Below, piece by piece: positions 12,204-25,800 of a DNA stretch of 64,000 bases (position 1 is its first letter; each line of letters begins with the position of its first letter). The notes under the pieces were generated by a model. It saw nothing but the letters and a program-made list of their open reading frames with translations. It was not told where the DNA came from and did not search any database. The stretch lies in assembly GCA_023515725.1 (NCBI GenBank), contig JALDTO010000215.1, positions 647,901-711,900 on the forward strand, written 5' to 3'. The position numbers and the translations under genes were made by a program. Source of the DNA: Amoeboaphelidium protococcarum X5. Its lineage: Eukaryota; Fungi; Aphelidiomycota.

Positions 12204-14642
12204 TCATACTTAATAGCTTTCATCATAGAATAAGGAAACAAGTTTGCGAATAGTTGCATCATTTAAAGCTCTTCTGGGTACTGGACTATTTTAACGTTTG
12301 ATGTGATCAATCCTTGTCTGATTATCTGGCAGCGAATCCAGAGCGTCAGTGAAGGATCTCAAGGTGGGATACTTACTAATCAAATACGAAGCCTTGTCAA
12401 CACTGAGTCCTCTCACAGTCATCAACTGTTTGAACCATAAATCCTTGAGTGTATTAGTCTTGGACTTGCTATTAAGTTCTGAGAATTCATTAAATGTTAA
12501 ATGGTAAGGACGTCGATCTCTCCGCTCACATTGCGCCTTGAATTGATTAAAATTCTCGGATGTGACCAAGTTTGGAGGTATGACATAGATATCCTGCTTG
12601 GAATACAATTTACATACCATATTGTGCATCTACACCAGAAAGTAACAGGTGTCCTCAATAGATATTGTCCGCTTACAAGAGATTCCATGCAATAGACTCG
12701 TCTCTACCATGGCACATCTGAGTGGTAACCGGCCAAAATCATTCACAGTGTGCACATTATACTCTTCTACCACGTACCATAAATGCTTTAGTGAAGATTT
12801 CCTAAGGCGAGACTTTTACTCAAAGAAGCGTCCATCTTTAATAGAACTCACTAGGTCATCTAATCGCTTTCGCTCTATCAAAAAGTCTAGAGACACTTCA
12901 TATACGCATCCGTTAGAACTCTGACTCTTTGACCGCGCGATCCAAGCAATATCTCCCAACTCCAGCTATCTAGTTTGAACATTCTTCACCTTTTTCTACA
13001 GCTCGTCAATGAAGAAATTCCGCTCACCCTGCGACTTCACCTCTCGATTATCGATCAGCATCACGATATCATAAGAACCAGCTGGAAGCCGCAGAGGTGG
13101 ACCAGTCCATGAGATAGGTAGAGGATCCTTTTCAATCGGCAAAGGCCATAGTTGATAGTTGGCTTCTCGAGGAACCAGCGGCTATTTTTCAAGGCCAATA
13201 TTAGATAGTCGTATACCTTATTAATTCGCCACTTTCTCCACAGTACTGATGACTTACTACTTGCCATTTAAAGACGGGGTGCCTTGGTAGTTATTACTAT
13301 TTAAAGGAGATTTAAAAGAGTCGCTACCAGTATTAAACAGAGGTTTAGAAAATGATTACTATCGATTCGAGCCAGATAATGTCTTTTTCAACGAGGGAGT
13401 TTACTATATACCAAAAGAACTACTACCAACCTCTAGACCAGGACACTCTTACATGCATAAATTTGCCGCTAAATATCCCACCAACAAACCCGCAGCATCC
13501 GGAATCAGAGTTACTTTTTAGATATTAACGACAAAAGGATGATGAGATTAAGATGAGTGATATTCAATCAAATAGAATCCTTTACTGTCACACTTGGCCT
13601 GCTGCTTTGACTTGACTCGCCTATTCATCTCATTGAGATACCAATACTGAAACTGAATGATACTAGGACGACCATTCTTATTAGCTGGAGCACTCATAGA
13701 GGATACGGATGCGTACTTGGATCGGTGACCAACATCTGATTATGGGAGTATGTTATCCTTGAATGTCTGAGACTTGAGCCAAAGCTGGGAGGCGACATCC
13801 TCACCTTAGAGACTTAAAGAATATTTGGGCGGATTACTCATCTTGATAACTAAGCCTTTATCAATCAATGTATTTACAGAGTTCCAAGCAGTGTAATGCT
13901 AACTTCCACCACCGCCACCACCAAAATTACTGGTACTTGAAGATGTAAACGACGCATCACAGAATGGTTGAGCCTGTTAACATAGCTCCGTCTTGCCCAT
14001 CTGATAAGAGAGACCCTGAGATTGGCCAGAGTCAATTTATTACTTTCGCTAATGAAGAGCCATCAGAATCGCGTATCCTCCACTCTTATAACGCGGCGCA
14101 TAAGAAGATGCCGTCTTTGGCCGCTTGGTAGTTCTAGAAGTAGATTATGATTAAGATTGAGATTACAGAGACACTTGAGATGCAGAAGCACCGAAACTTT
14201 GAACAGCAATGGCATCTTCGAGCTCGTTCAGTATATCAGAACTCTATTTACCTCTCGTCCTAGTAGTCTTCTTCTGTTTTGTCTACGCCACAGACTGCGA
14301 TGAATTCTCAGAACTTCCTTAACTACTACCAGATGTATCCTATCCGGATGGATCATACGGTGGAACATTTAGCACATCACTGCGATACAAATCGTGCACC
14401 TACTTTCGTTCATCAGAGAGAAACTTGTTGGTCATCGCAATAATCTTGGTCTGAATATTGGGACCAATCCCCGACACTTATACAAGTTAATAAGGAGATA
14501 ATGCATTGGGTGTAGATTTCAGATTATTGTAAGCTTTATTAAGTGCAAAGTAGTAGTTCTTTTAACCATTCTAATCTGCAGTCTGTTTCAATTCATTCAA
14601 AAACTCACAAAACTTTTTATTCACGGGCTCTTATGGTGGCAT
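12204..14642 (-). CDS. MUS81: Structure-specific endonuclease Mus81
   Basis: N-terminal HhH (VSGIGP), winged helix ([16 protein letters not shown]), ERCC4 nuclease ([36 protein letters not shown]), C-terminal HhH ([13 protein letters not shown]); 813 codons. Confidence 0.93.
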
Positions 14643-14814
14643 TTTGTACTTAATCTATTTATGGAAATTTAATTACAAGGAATTCACTAACTACACGACA
14701 GACGTTATAAGGCTGCTGAATGCGTGAATTGTAAAACGAAAACGATAGATTTGATCTCTCTTTCTACGTATCGCGTTTCATATCTACCAAAGTCAGATCT
14801 GTTCTGTTTCAAAG

Positions 14815-14830
14815 TCTCTCTCTCTCTCTC
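14815..14830. repeat. (TC)8 microsatellite upstream of MUS81
   Basis: Directly visible. Confidence 0.9.
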
Positions 14831-15130
14831 GCACACGCGCGTTCATTTATACACTCTTTCATTGACAAGTCAGTCAGTCGATGCTTCTTAAAACGGAGAA
14901 GGACAAATATCGTGAATTGGTAATGAAAGGACATGAAATTAAGTCAAAACATTGATGATGGGTTTTCAAGACAATTTTGATTTGATCGTGTACTACTTGT
15001 ACTGGAGTTTGGAAGACGGGGAAACAACCCGATAACATGTCTGCGCACGGTTCGGGAATGATCAGTTCGCGTTTCACCTTTTCGTCTTCTCTTCCACTTA
15101 TTGGCAATCTCTAAAATCGTCAGATTAAAA

Positions 15131-15860
15131 ATGCTGTCTCGTCGCGCAAGCTGGTGTTACGAATTGCAACCGTTCGACATACTCTGCGGTTTTCAACATC
15201 TCCAGTCTCCGTTGTGATACATTCTAGCTTAAGCAATGATGATGAAAAAACGCGTATCGTGGAAGATTTTGTGCAGAAAGAGTTAAGGGTGGTTCAGATG
15301 GAAAAGGATTTGTAAGCTTCTTTGCATGAAAGGACTTGTTAGCTGCGTAGAAAGAAAAGGATTTGTAAGTGACGGAAAAAGAGAAAGCTTAGCTGGTGTA
15401 AAGTTGTAGTTCCTTGAGAAAGAAAAAGCGTGATTGGAGGCGGAGAATTTGAAATTATAGTAATTTTAAAAATTTTGACTAAAGTTTTGTCTATGTGTAG
15501 ACAAAGTCGAAGCTAAGCTTGGATTTAATCGAAAGGCTTACAAGAGTAAGAGCCGCCACGAAAAGTGGAATGCTTTTCTCGTGCAGGAATCTAATGCCGC
15601 TCTCTGAGAAATTCTCTGCTGGCGTGTTTCCCATCGAAGGAATCGACGAATGTGGATATTGGGCGAGAGGTTGTACACATGAATGCAATATTGTCTCAAG
15701 CAATCCACCAGCCGGCGTTGCAGCCAATGCCTGGCGAGTTTGCCATCCCCGTTTCATAGACAATGGTCGAAACCGAGCGTTGTTTGTGGTGACATTCTTG
15801 GCTATGAAAACGTCAAGATCGTCACTCATACATACTAGGAAGCCGGTGATGTTTTAGATT
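15131..15860 (+). pseudogene. Probable frameshifted relic of a coiled-coil protein gene
   Basis: Protein-like pieces (EKDLQ repeats, EKEKA, LSQAIHQP) alternate between frames and are cut by TGA. The 16-bp repeat GAAAAGGATTTGTAAG occurs at 15301 and 15354, 53 bp apart (not a multiple of 3). Confidence 0.4.
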
Positions 15861-16220
15861 AGTATATTTTGTGATTAATGTGATACAATATTATAAACTA
15901 ATTTGAGATCGAACCGCAGATTGCAATCCGTTTCAAATACTATTTTCTGGAATAGATGATAATGATTCGGGAGTTAAAAGCAGACGATGAAGTTGAAGTG
16001 GTCATTAAGCCACGCGTGTCAAGTCCGTTTTCGCCGCTGAAGAATGCAAAGTGAATTGAGAATAGGGAATGGAAGTTCTATAAGTCTCGTTGCGCCCGCC
16101 ATTCCAGCGTTTCGTTTCATCTTTCTTCTCTCTCTCTTAATCTTCTGTCACTTTTAGTAGAGTTTTAATTGCATTTCAGTTGTAAAGAAATAATAATAAT
16201 AAATTCTTTGATAATTAAAT

Positions 16221-17612
16221 ATGCCAACGAAAGAAGAACAATTCTTGTCTGCATGCAAGTTGGAGCTTAATCTTCTAAATTCACAAGATTCTGGGTTGAT
16301 ATTGGAGGGCTAATCTGTAGATGCTGTGCTCACGATTGATACCAGTGATGGAATAAAAATGTTACCTCAGGCTTATACTAATGAAGAAATACTTGCGGAG
16401 ATTATTGATAGACTCGAGATTAAAGTTTCTACTATTGTTGGTGAGAATATAGATCTCAATTTGGCCTGGTATCAAGGATCTGATAGTCCTCGTATTGAAG
16501 TCACTTTCTGGGTAAATAATGCAGACAGTAAAGCAGCTTTTATTGAGAATGGATTGATAATTAAAGTGCCTTTGAAAGTAAAGTTTGGTCATTGCATTTA
16601 CGTATTGAACGACTCCATAATAAATGAATTTAATGCCAAGATTCTAGTGCAGATATTATTAAAGCCCAAGTCGGTATAATTAAAAGACAATTAAAGATTT
16701 GTCAGTCATTTAGAAAATCCCGCCGTTAGAAGATCTCTTTCACTGGAAGCTAAAGTATGTAGACCATATGCAATTTAATGCCATAGAGTTGGAACGTCAC
16801 ATTTGATCGTTTAATTTGATGCATTCATCGCTTTACAATTACTGAGCGTTTAGGTGATTACGTGTTTCGGTAGTTTCACGAGTGATAATTAATGGGAGTT
16901 AATTTAACTGGGTGCTAGAGAGAGCTGGTCTTTGTTATTTAGAGATGTATTGTTGAAGAATGAACAATCAGTTTGTCTGCGAGTTGATTCTCGTTTAGAT
17001 GTTGACATAGTCAGTTACTATACTGTACGGTTCGGCAATAACGAGCTGGTAGATATCAATCCGGTAAAAGACCTGAATTCTGTCTTCTCCTCTACATCCA
17101 TATAATCTTCTGAAATTGATCATGTTAGCAGCTTAAAAGTCTGCTTGTCAAGTAATCGTGTCATTGTCGACTCTGATGGATACTTCTCATTAGAACTTAT
17201 TGTTGCAAATTGTACAAGTGAGGAGATTACTAGTATTTCGGTGTAGATACTTGATGATGGAAGTGAATTCCATGGCTCATCTCTTTCAAACAATGGGCGA
17301 AATGCTATGGATGTTTGGATAGATACGCCTGACTTTCTACTGCAATGGAGTGTGCAGATGGCATCTAATGTAATCTCCTTTGATAGTCCACACAATGACA
17401 AGATTGAAAAGTTGTCAGCTGGTTAAACTTGCACACTTGGTTTTAAAAGTCGTCTACTCAATCATGTACAAGTTCTTTCATATGATGGTAATGTTACATT
17501 ATACAATCCGATATTTTAGATAAAGATGAAAGAACACGAAGAAGGCATACTTTTCGATGATTTACAATGTGCATTATACAAAAGATAAGCAATCACTACT
17601 GTTAAATCTTGA
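16221..17612 (+). CDS. Beta-rich protein, probably TRAPP II subunit Trs65/TRAPPC14-like
   Basis: 464-codon TGA-free frame containing track ORF 16326. C-terminal FSLELIVANCT and IEKLSAGQTCTLGF resemble Trs65 Ig-like domain motifs; the family call is tentative. Confidence 0.55.
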
Positions 17613-18315
17613 TGATGAGATTAGGAATATAGATTGCATTAGGATATCCAAGTACCAAATCTTCCCATTATACGATGAATGAATCCACTAGATGCAATCG
17701 ATATAGAATTTAGCCTGTTAGAGACAGACTTTACACTCGAGCAAATGATTCAATATATACAATTCTAGATCTACAAAACAGTTTGGCGAATATACAGATT
17801 GGAACACAGATAGCTGGACCATTGCATAAAACTATTTAAGGATTGCAACTCAAGACAACACTTATTGACTCTAAAATCGCGCGTATTAGCAAAGCCACAT
17901 TTAACAATAGAGAGCTCATCAATGACTGACCAACATTTCTGAACCGAGTGACACTGAATACTTTGCCAGCGTCGCCATCCACTTATTAAATCTTCAAAGG
18001 ACTAATCGTATCAGACTTTCCATGAACATAGACTCTTTACGCTTATCGAAAGCTATTCCTAATACCATTAGAGTCAGTATCAGAATCATTATTATCATCC
18101 GTAGTGGTAATCAACGATCGTACAATGTCCAACATCTCTGCCGTGTGTCCGCCACTTCCCAGTGTCACCATTATACATTATCGACGAGACTTGGACTTTC
18201 GCTTTCTCTAAACGACTTTATATACACCCACTATATATACACCAATGTATCCGATTATTATTAATCCAAAGATTAAAGCCAACACTTCAATTTTCACTTC
18301 CAAAACAATCGCCAT
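17593..18315 (-). CDS. ALG14: UDP-GlcNAc transferase subunit Alg14 (alternative in-frame ATG at 18369)
   Basis: N-terminal TM helix, MVTLGSGGHTAEML, CNGPA, YIESFARV-SLSLTG-ILY, FIV[TAA=Q]W. Confidence 0.93.
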
Positions 18316-18456
18316 TGAAATTATAATTACAAGAGAACCAAAATCTTGATTCTTTTCCTCTTTCTTCATATTGCTCCGGCTTTGATTGTATCCGAACCAA
18401 TAGTTTGAATTATTGATAATAGACTAAGATTATATCACTGTGCATTATATTGTAGA

Positions 18457-19380
18457 ATGAATTAGATGGAACCTCTGAGCGTGAGCAAGTCTGAGAATTC
18501 CTAATTGTTGTAGGAGAGTTATTAGTATGAGTATTTTGAATAGATTGTGAGTAGCAGTAAATAAAAGCCGCTTTAGAATATTCCAAGACTTCGTAAGTTG
18601 CGTGAAGCTGTGTTGGCTACTGCTGCAAAATTTAATAGTCGTGGAAATGGTCATTATTAGTTCCATATGTAAGTATATAGTGTCAGTGTGCAGAGTTGCA
18701 TTGAGGCTCTGTAAGTGGAGGAAAGTCGTCAGGATGCGCACCTGATTGAAGCGGAGCTATTTAAATGCCTTTCCCATCTGGTTGGTCCTCTTTTAGATGA
18801 TGAGTTATTCAGACGATAGTAAAAATAGTCAGGGAGTAGTTAATAATTATCCTTTAGCTTTCTTAGTGTTAATGACGCTGCTAGTTAATTTAGTTAAGTG
18901 GAAGTGTTGGATTGGAGATGTGTATGGGAACTGTATGCATGCAACTAGATTTGCAACAATCTACTGAATTCCGCTCCTTTAACATTTATATCATCCTATC
19001 ATTAAAGCTATGCTTCTAAACTTTAGAATACTAGCTCATAGATAATGGATACCTAGATTAATTAGTGTGTTATGAACTGTATAGAATTATACATTGCTTT
19101 AAGAGACTTTAACGTGGTATAAATTGCCGCCAATCTAGGTAAAATGAATCCCCTGACACGGCAATATATTTAATACTAAATGCATAACAAGTTGTGGAAA
19201 CGGCAAATTTTGTGCCTACGGAGAGCCTTCATAAGGCTTTAAATGGATGACATACTTGCATATTTAAAAGTGTATAGTGTCGATAAAAGTCAAGTTATAG
19301 AATTTTTGAAATTGAACAAGATCCAAGTATCAGATGATAGTGATGTGGTATAGTTTGTAGTTCCGCGTACTAATAAATGA
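18457..19380 (+). CDS. Helical protein, possibly SAC3/THP3/PCI-like
   Basis: 308-codon TGA-terminated frame; LRKLREAV and ALKWMTLAY resemble fungal SAC3/PCI-type proteins. Family call is weak. Confidence 0.5.
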
Positions 19381-19521
19381 ATCTGATAATAAAAACTTTT
19401 ATAGATGCTTGTAAAAATGGATAATTTGGAAAGTTTCAAGTTAGTGTATATAGCATTCCTTTATTTAAAATTATTACTATCGGCTTAATAACTAGTACGT
19501 TCTGTTTACCAGGAGGCTCTC

Positions 19522-20613
19522 TCAATTGACGTAGTCTGATCCATAACCATCAGCCTCTCCCTACTAAAGTACTGGATCTAACTGCGGAGATTCTAACACC
19601 GGAGGCAAAGCTGCAGAATCGAATCCAGAAGAACCTCTTCCTCTAGAATATCTCTAACGGAAACTTTTCATGCGCTACAAACCATTGTTGTACAATCTGC
19701 CGTAGTAAGGAGCGCGTTATGGAACCTCTTGCTAAACATAATTTAACGCTGTATCTACGCTCTCTGCGCCATCAGCCAACGCAGATCTCGGTGCTTCACT
19801 GTACTGACTGGCAACATCCATCTCACCTTGATTTCCATCAATCTAAGAGACTGATGCAGCATAGGAAGTAGCAGGAGCAGCGTTGCCATTCAGAGATTGC
19901 AGGTTATCAAAAGTCAGATCCAGTCCTTCATCATTAACAGATTGCGGCAACTCAGATTGCAGATTGTACATAGAATTGATATCCTCAGAACCAATCTACG
20001 ACACAGCTCTATTGTTCAGTGGCTCGTCTAATGCTGCGTCTACCTATTCAGAAATCTACTTCTACTCCAGATAGTCACCAAAGTACAGAACGATCTCTGC
20101 TCTAGATCTATCAAAGAACAACGTTGGACTATGTCCTTGGATGATCTTGGCTATCTAGTCGCTACTAATGTCCAGCTAATTGGCAGGATTGAATGACTCG
20201 CCATGGCCAAGATTAGTAAAAGAGTATTTCAACTACTACTCCTCCTCAGAGTAATGGAGGCGAACCACAGCCGGCTTTACAGTAGTCCAGATATTAACGA
20301 AACCGCAGCTTGCAGAGTATTTGATATCAGCCTTGATTTCCAGATCCAGGTGAGGATGATCGACAAACTAGATTTCCTTGCGATTTCTTCTATACCACGG
20401 CATCTTCTTGATCACATTGCGCGACTCTGTCTAGACATCGAACTGGTTAACCTTGTAGCTGATAGACTTTAGTGCTTGTGTGCATGGATTGTCAGCACCT
20501 AGGTCGATTTTCAATTTAGCAGCGGTACCACTCTCCAGTATATCCAGCTGAACGCGTTAATCACCGAGCGCAGCAATCAACGGAACCAGTGCAAATATAA
20601 ATACTGCGCGCAT
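19522..20613 (-). CDS. Secreted protein of unknown function
   Basis: 364-codon frame, signal peptide MRAVFIFALVPLIAALG, beta-rich N-half and low-complexity C-half. Confidence 0.75.
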
Positions 20614-22811
20614 AACTTCTTTAAATCTTAATTGATACTTCCCGGTAATATGTTTTTAACAATGAAAGTAAAGAAGAACTTTAACAGTGAGGCGCAGCTT
20701 TATGACAAAGTCGTTATTCGGGCGTGTGGGAACGGCGGCATTTTAACATTAGGTCATTTGATCATATAATGGCGCAGTTTTATTATTATTACTTTGACGC
20801 CATCATTGTTTGTGTGGCGCAAGAGCGATCGTTGAAAGGTTTGATCACCATGATCCATCAGTGACGATGAGAGCTGATGGTGGTGGTGGACGCGATTTCT
20901 GTATTATTATTCCATGTCCCAGCCACATGGTGTACAGATCTGATCAGTATTTCACAAAGACAACAATGATCATTGTTTGCTTCTTGGTACACGGTGATCA
21001 ACTATTAACGTCTCATTGATGTTGAAACTTGGGCTATATCAATTGCATTCAAGGAAACTTTACTTTCAGTTACAGTAATCATTTCTGTGAACTTTCTTTC
21101 ACTACAATAAAGACTTTCAAAGCGTTTGAAGAGTGTACCTGACTGTATGATTTCAACATACCCCCATCAAAATAGTAAATAAGTGTCTCTTTATGATTTA
21201 TCAGTAAATGTTCAAATCAGTACTGTAATAAGTAAAATACTAACTATCATATAACTATACCAAAAATATGAACTTCTCATATCAATTACTTCAATTCAAT
21301 CCTCACTAAGATATCAGAGTCGTAACGCATAGATGGCTCGTATTAAGCAATTTACTGCAACACGGACGCGTCAACTTGAATCCTACCAGCGCGCATAAAC
21401 CCGTTAGACAGGCTTACAGAATATATTATAGAACTAGATCTCAGATCAGCAGACATATCCAAGTAGACATTGAACACTTCAAGAGTATTTTTGTATTGCA
21501 AATCCATATATTTATTCTACGCCACTTCAGGAGCTTTTATATGCATTATACCACGATACTACAAAGACCAAATCAATTAAAAATCTTACTGATAGGAGAT
21601 TCTTTTCATTGACACTGTCTTTCCAGTTGTAAAAATATATTCCAATTCAGGGAAAATGTTTGTTAGTTACACAAGCACCTCTGCCTTACCAGTCTCGACG
21701 TTGGCATTTAAAAGACAAAGTCCATCGCTAGATTACGCATGATATACAAAAGCACGTAATAATACAGGTAAAAATGTCAACAGGAATACGACTCTCATTT
21801 TGCTACTATGTATACTCTGTTTGTGGTATAATTAAGATACAAAGAGTATCAATGATTGCTATGATTGAAGTCGAAGTTTATCATCAGATTTATTCATTAC
21901 CCCTGAATATTTTTCGAAAGACTTTAATGAAGCGCATTTTAATATATACAACCATTCCATCACAATTGAAGACATTCTTGAAACAATGAAACACTTCAGG
22001 TTACGATCCCGTTACATAATGGATTGAACCACGGATGTGGTGATCAGAGTAGTGAGAGTCGAGAGTTATTGGACCAAGAACGCGATAACAATCTGATTGA
22101 GCACACATTTGATGAAGCGGATCTTGCGGAGTCGTTGAAACGTTTAAGATGTCAATAAACTTGTCCATTAAAGTCCCCATGGTATATTGATTGGAAAAAG
22201 AGAAATCATGAAAGTAGAGGGTTATTACTAATGCCAAGAGGATTCGGCTACGTTCATGGCTAGAATACAACAATTTCAACACCAGCATTAGCCCATTGCT
22301 AATCAATCGTACTAATATATGACCTAGATCTCAACGATCTCAATGCAGGATAATCGTTAGGAGGATCTTGAATGCGATTCATCAGACCGGATAATGCGAG
22401 CTTGGCATGATAACTACGCGTAAATATTGGAGGAGCAGGCAATGGAGGGCCGATTTGAGGATAGTTTCCATTCCCGAAATCTTGAGCTCGTAATCCAGCA
22501 TAGTGATGAACAATCGAGCGGGCCTCGCACTGAATATCATGACCCATATGGTCAGGAGGAGCCATAACAGTATTGGCTATGTTGGGTCCTGGACCAAAAT
22601 TAGCACCGACGCGTATTCAGTGACTCGCTTAAAATGTGAAAAGTACTGTAATTTTTTCATTAGGCTTATCTCAGTAGTTTCTTACAGTTCAAGTCAGCGC
22701 GTCTCGGCCAAGTCGCTCGAATCTTTGAACATTCAGCTCTTTCCGTTCAATCGCTGTTTTTCTTTTGTCTTGTCAGAAAGTACAGTAATATACTCATAAA
22801 TCAGTATAGTC

Positions 22812-25800
22812 ATGTCTGGTAAGTTGAAATCTGTATTGAAAAAGGCCAAAGATGCGTTGACGGTTAAGGATTACAAGGAGGCGCGATCTCAGGCTGAAGA
22901 AGCCATGCGCATGGATACCACCAACTATTAGGCCATAGTGTTCTATGCTCTGGCTTGTGATAATCTCAATTTGGACAAGGATTCTGAAGAGTTTTACTAG
23001 AAGGCGGTAAAGTTATAGCCACAGTTTCCAGTTGCTTGGCAGGTATTTCTTTATATAATTTATAGATTTCTGAAGTATTACAATTATGAGTGGTTTTTAA
23101 TGTAGGGACTGGTGTCGTTGTATGAAAAGAGTAATCAGACTGAAAAGTTGCTGAGTTCGTACGATAAATTGACCAAAATATTCATAACGCAGTAAGTTTT
23201 GTAGTGTAATATACGCGGTATAATTGTGCTATCATTGAAAGTTGTAGAAATGAGAGCCGGAAGTTTGTGGAAATTGTCATCAAGTGGGCAGATAGGTTGG
23301 CAGATGGTCGTGACCGCGACAATGCTATTGAAGTTTTGAAGCGTTTGCTACCTGAAAGTGAGGACTATCATGTACTTAAGCTTGAGAATGTCGAAGACTG
23401 TCCTTCTGCTAGTTAAATTTGGCGTAAGTTGATATAATGGCGCGAATCTGGAGATTAGGAAGCCATCTAGAAAGAGGTAAATTCGCGCAAATTCAGACTG
23501 GGCGCACCACCTCTGTCATAAATCAGGGCTGAAGTGGAGAAGACTGTGTACAATGCGAGTGATTTATATGAAATGTATGCTGCGTTGCTTGAACTAGTTG
23601 AAGTTGGAAGTTTGGAAGAGCATTAGCTACATGTGAAGTTGTGTGAGAGTCTGATGAGGAAGTTGCCGTATGCTGATCTGGAAGACAAGTAAGATGTAAG
23701 AAATGATATAAACTAACTGGTTGAGATGATCATGAGTTCGAGTTTCCCGCTGGAACCGCTTATAGTCGAGTATTGTCTTGAGAGCTAGGATGTTAGTCGT
23801 GTGGCTGATTATAACATCCAAGTGGTGCAAAAGTATTGTGAAAAGTTTCCCTCTCGGTAGCTGTCTTAGGGATTCTTATCTTTTATCAAGTTTATGCATG
23901 CCGCCGGTGATACTTAGGCAGATGAGAGGACAGAACTTTTAAAATCGATGCAGGATCTGAATAAGAGCTACAAGGATAGTATGTGCGTGCCATTGCTTCT
24001 GATTGAGATGTTGCTGTAGTATAAAGATTTTAACGGTGTGCTAGTATTAGTTAAATAAGCCAAGTAGCTGCTTGAGTCCAAGAGAGTGAATGAGCGCTCA
24101 TTTTATCCCAGGATTGAGCGGAGACTTAATTTGACTATGGCCAGATGTTATGTGTAGAATGGCAGCTCTACTGAGACTGAATTGTTTGAAGCAGTTTCTA
24201 TTTGCGAAGGCCTATTGAAGCAATTCTCGAATGATTTTGAAGCAGTGCTTCTCTTGATAGATGCCATGGAGAGATTGAAAGATTTTGAAAAGATGTTAGA
24301 CCTTGTGCAGCGTGTATTGGCGGTTGATTAAAATAATAATCGTCTAAGAGCTAAACTATCATGGGCTCTATTTAATCTTGGCTAGTATCAACCCGCTTTG
24401 GAGCAATTGTTGTCTCTCGCCGAGGAATTGAAATCTTCTGCAGAGTACTACTATCGACTTGGTCTCGTCTACTGGCATATGGATGAGACGCATAGACGGG
24501 ATAAGGAGAAGTGCTTCAATATGTTTGTGAAAGCTGTTCAGATCGATTCTACATACTCTGATGCATTCACATATCTCGGTCATTATTATGCAGAGATTGC
24601 TGGCGATATGTCGAGGGCCAAGAAGTGTTATTAGAAATCTGTTACTGGCAGCTTAGTCTCTGAAGATGTTGGTATAAAGTTGGCCCGCTTATACGAAGAA
24701 GAGGGTGATACCGACTCGGCAATTTCTGTTTACCAGGCTGTGACTGAAAGCAATAACAGATCTGTTACAGCTTGGGAGAGCTTGGGATACATTCAGTATC
24801 ACAAGGAGAAATACAATGATGCTGCGATTGCGTTTTAATGTGCACTGCGTGTCGACTCTGCAAACTCTGAACTCTGGTCCATGTTAGGCCGCTGCTATCA
24901 GAATTTGAATCGTTATATTGCTGCACTTAAAGTGTATGGTAGAGTTATGCAGTTGAGTGAAAAATCTTTTATCGCCATGTATGGTATAGCTGTGTGCAAA
25001 TGGAAGTTGTTTTCTTTCTAAGAAGCTCTAGAGTGGTTTGATGCTGCACTGGATATATCTGGTAACTCTCAGACTTAAGTTGTGTGTGTTGCAAAAGCCT
25101 AATGCTTACTGGAGTATGGTAAGGACTTTATGGATGATGGATTGAGACATCGCGCAATTGAAGCCTTCATCTCCGCTGGTGAAATCCTACTCCTTGTATT
25201 AGATGCTTAGCCTGGCTTGATTACTGTCTGGAGACTGCTGCATGATTTATTTAATCTGTTGTAGATTGATATTCTACCTGAAAGGAGAGACTAATTACTA
25301 ACTAGTTTTAATACTGTTGTCGGGTAGAATCTCCCTGGTCTGTGTGACGCATCTCTATTTTGCATTGATTAGGCCCTAGAGTTGGCTTATCAATGCAATA
25401 GCCGCAAGTTGATAGCCCAGATGCTTTAACTGAAGGCTAGAGTCTACCTGAACTCTCAAGATAATAACAATTCACTTTAGCTACTAAAGTAAGTAGTTTG
25501 CGTTGATCGAGATAATTCCTCTGCTTGGAATGACCTTGCTCGTACTAGTTCTGATTCTAATCTTGCTGTGGCTCTTCACTCTCTTGTCACTGCCATTGAT
25601 ATTGCATCTGTGACTGCTTCGACTTATTGGTTTAATTTGGCGGTGTATTACTATTACGCGCAATCTGACATTTAATAAGCTGGCAAGGCACTCAGTTTTG
25701 CTCAAGCTCTAGATCCATTGCTGGCGCCTATATGGTTCTTGACTGCTCATTTGAAATTGTCAGAGACTTCTGTTGATACTCTGAATCTATACAGACACGC

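Noticed and set aside
20700-21300. Track ORF 20810..21019 and surroundings
   Set aside because: No motif or coding-like pattern; likely promoter or intergenic DNA.
21333-21473. 46-aa ORF starting MARIKQ, like a histone H3 tail
   Set aside because: Similarity is limited to six residues, there is no histone fold, and ORFs this short are expected by chance.
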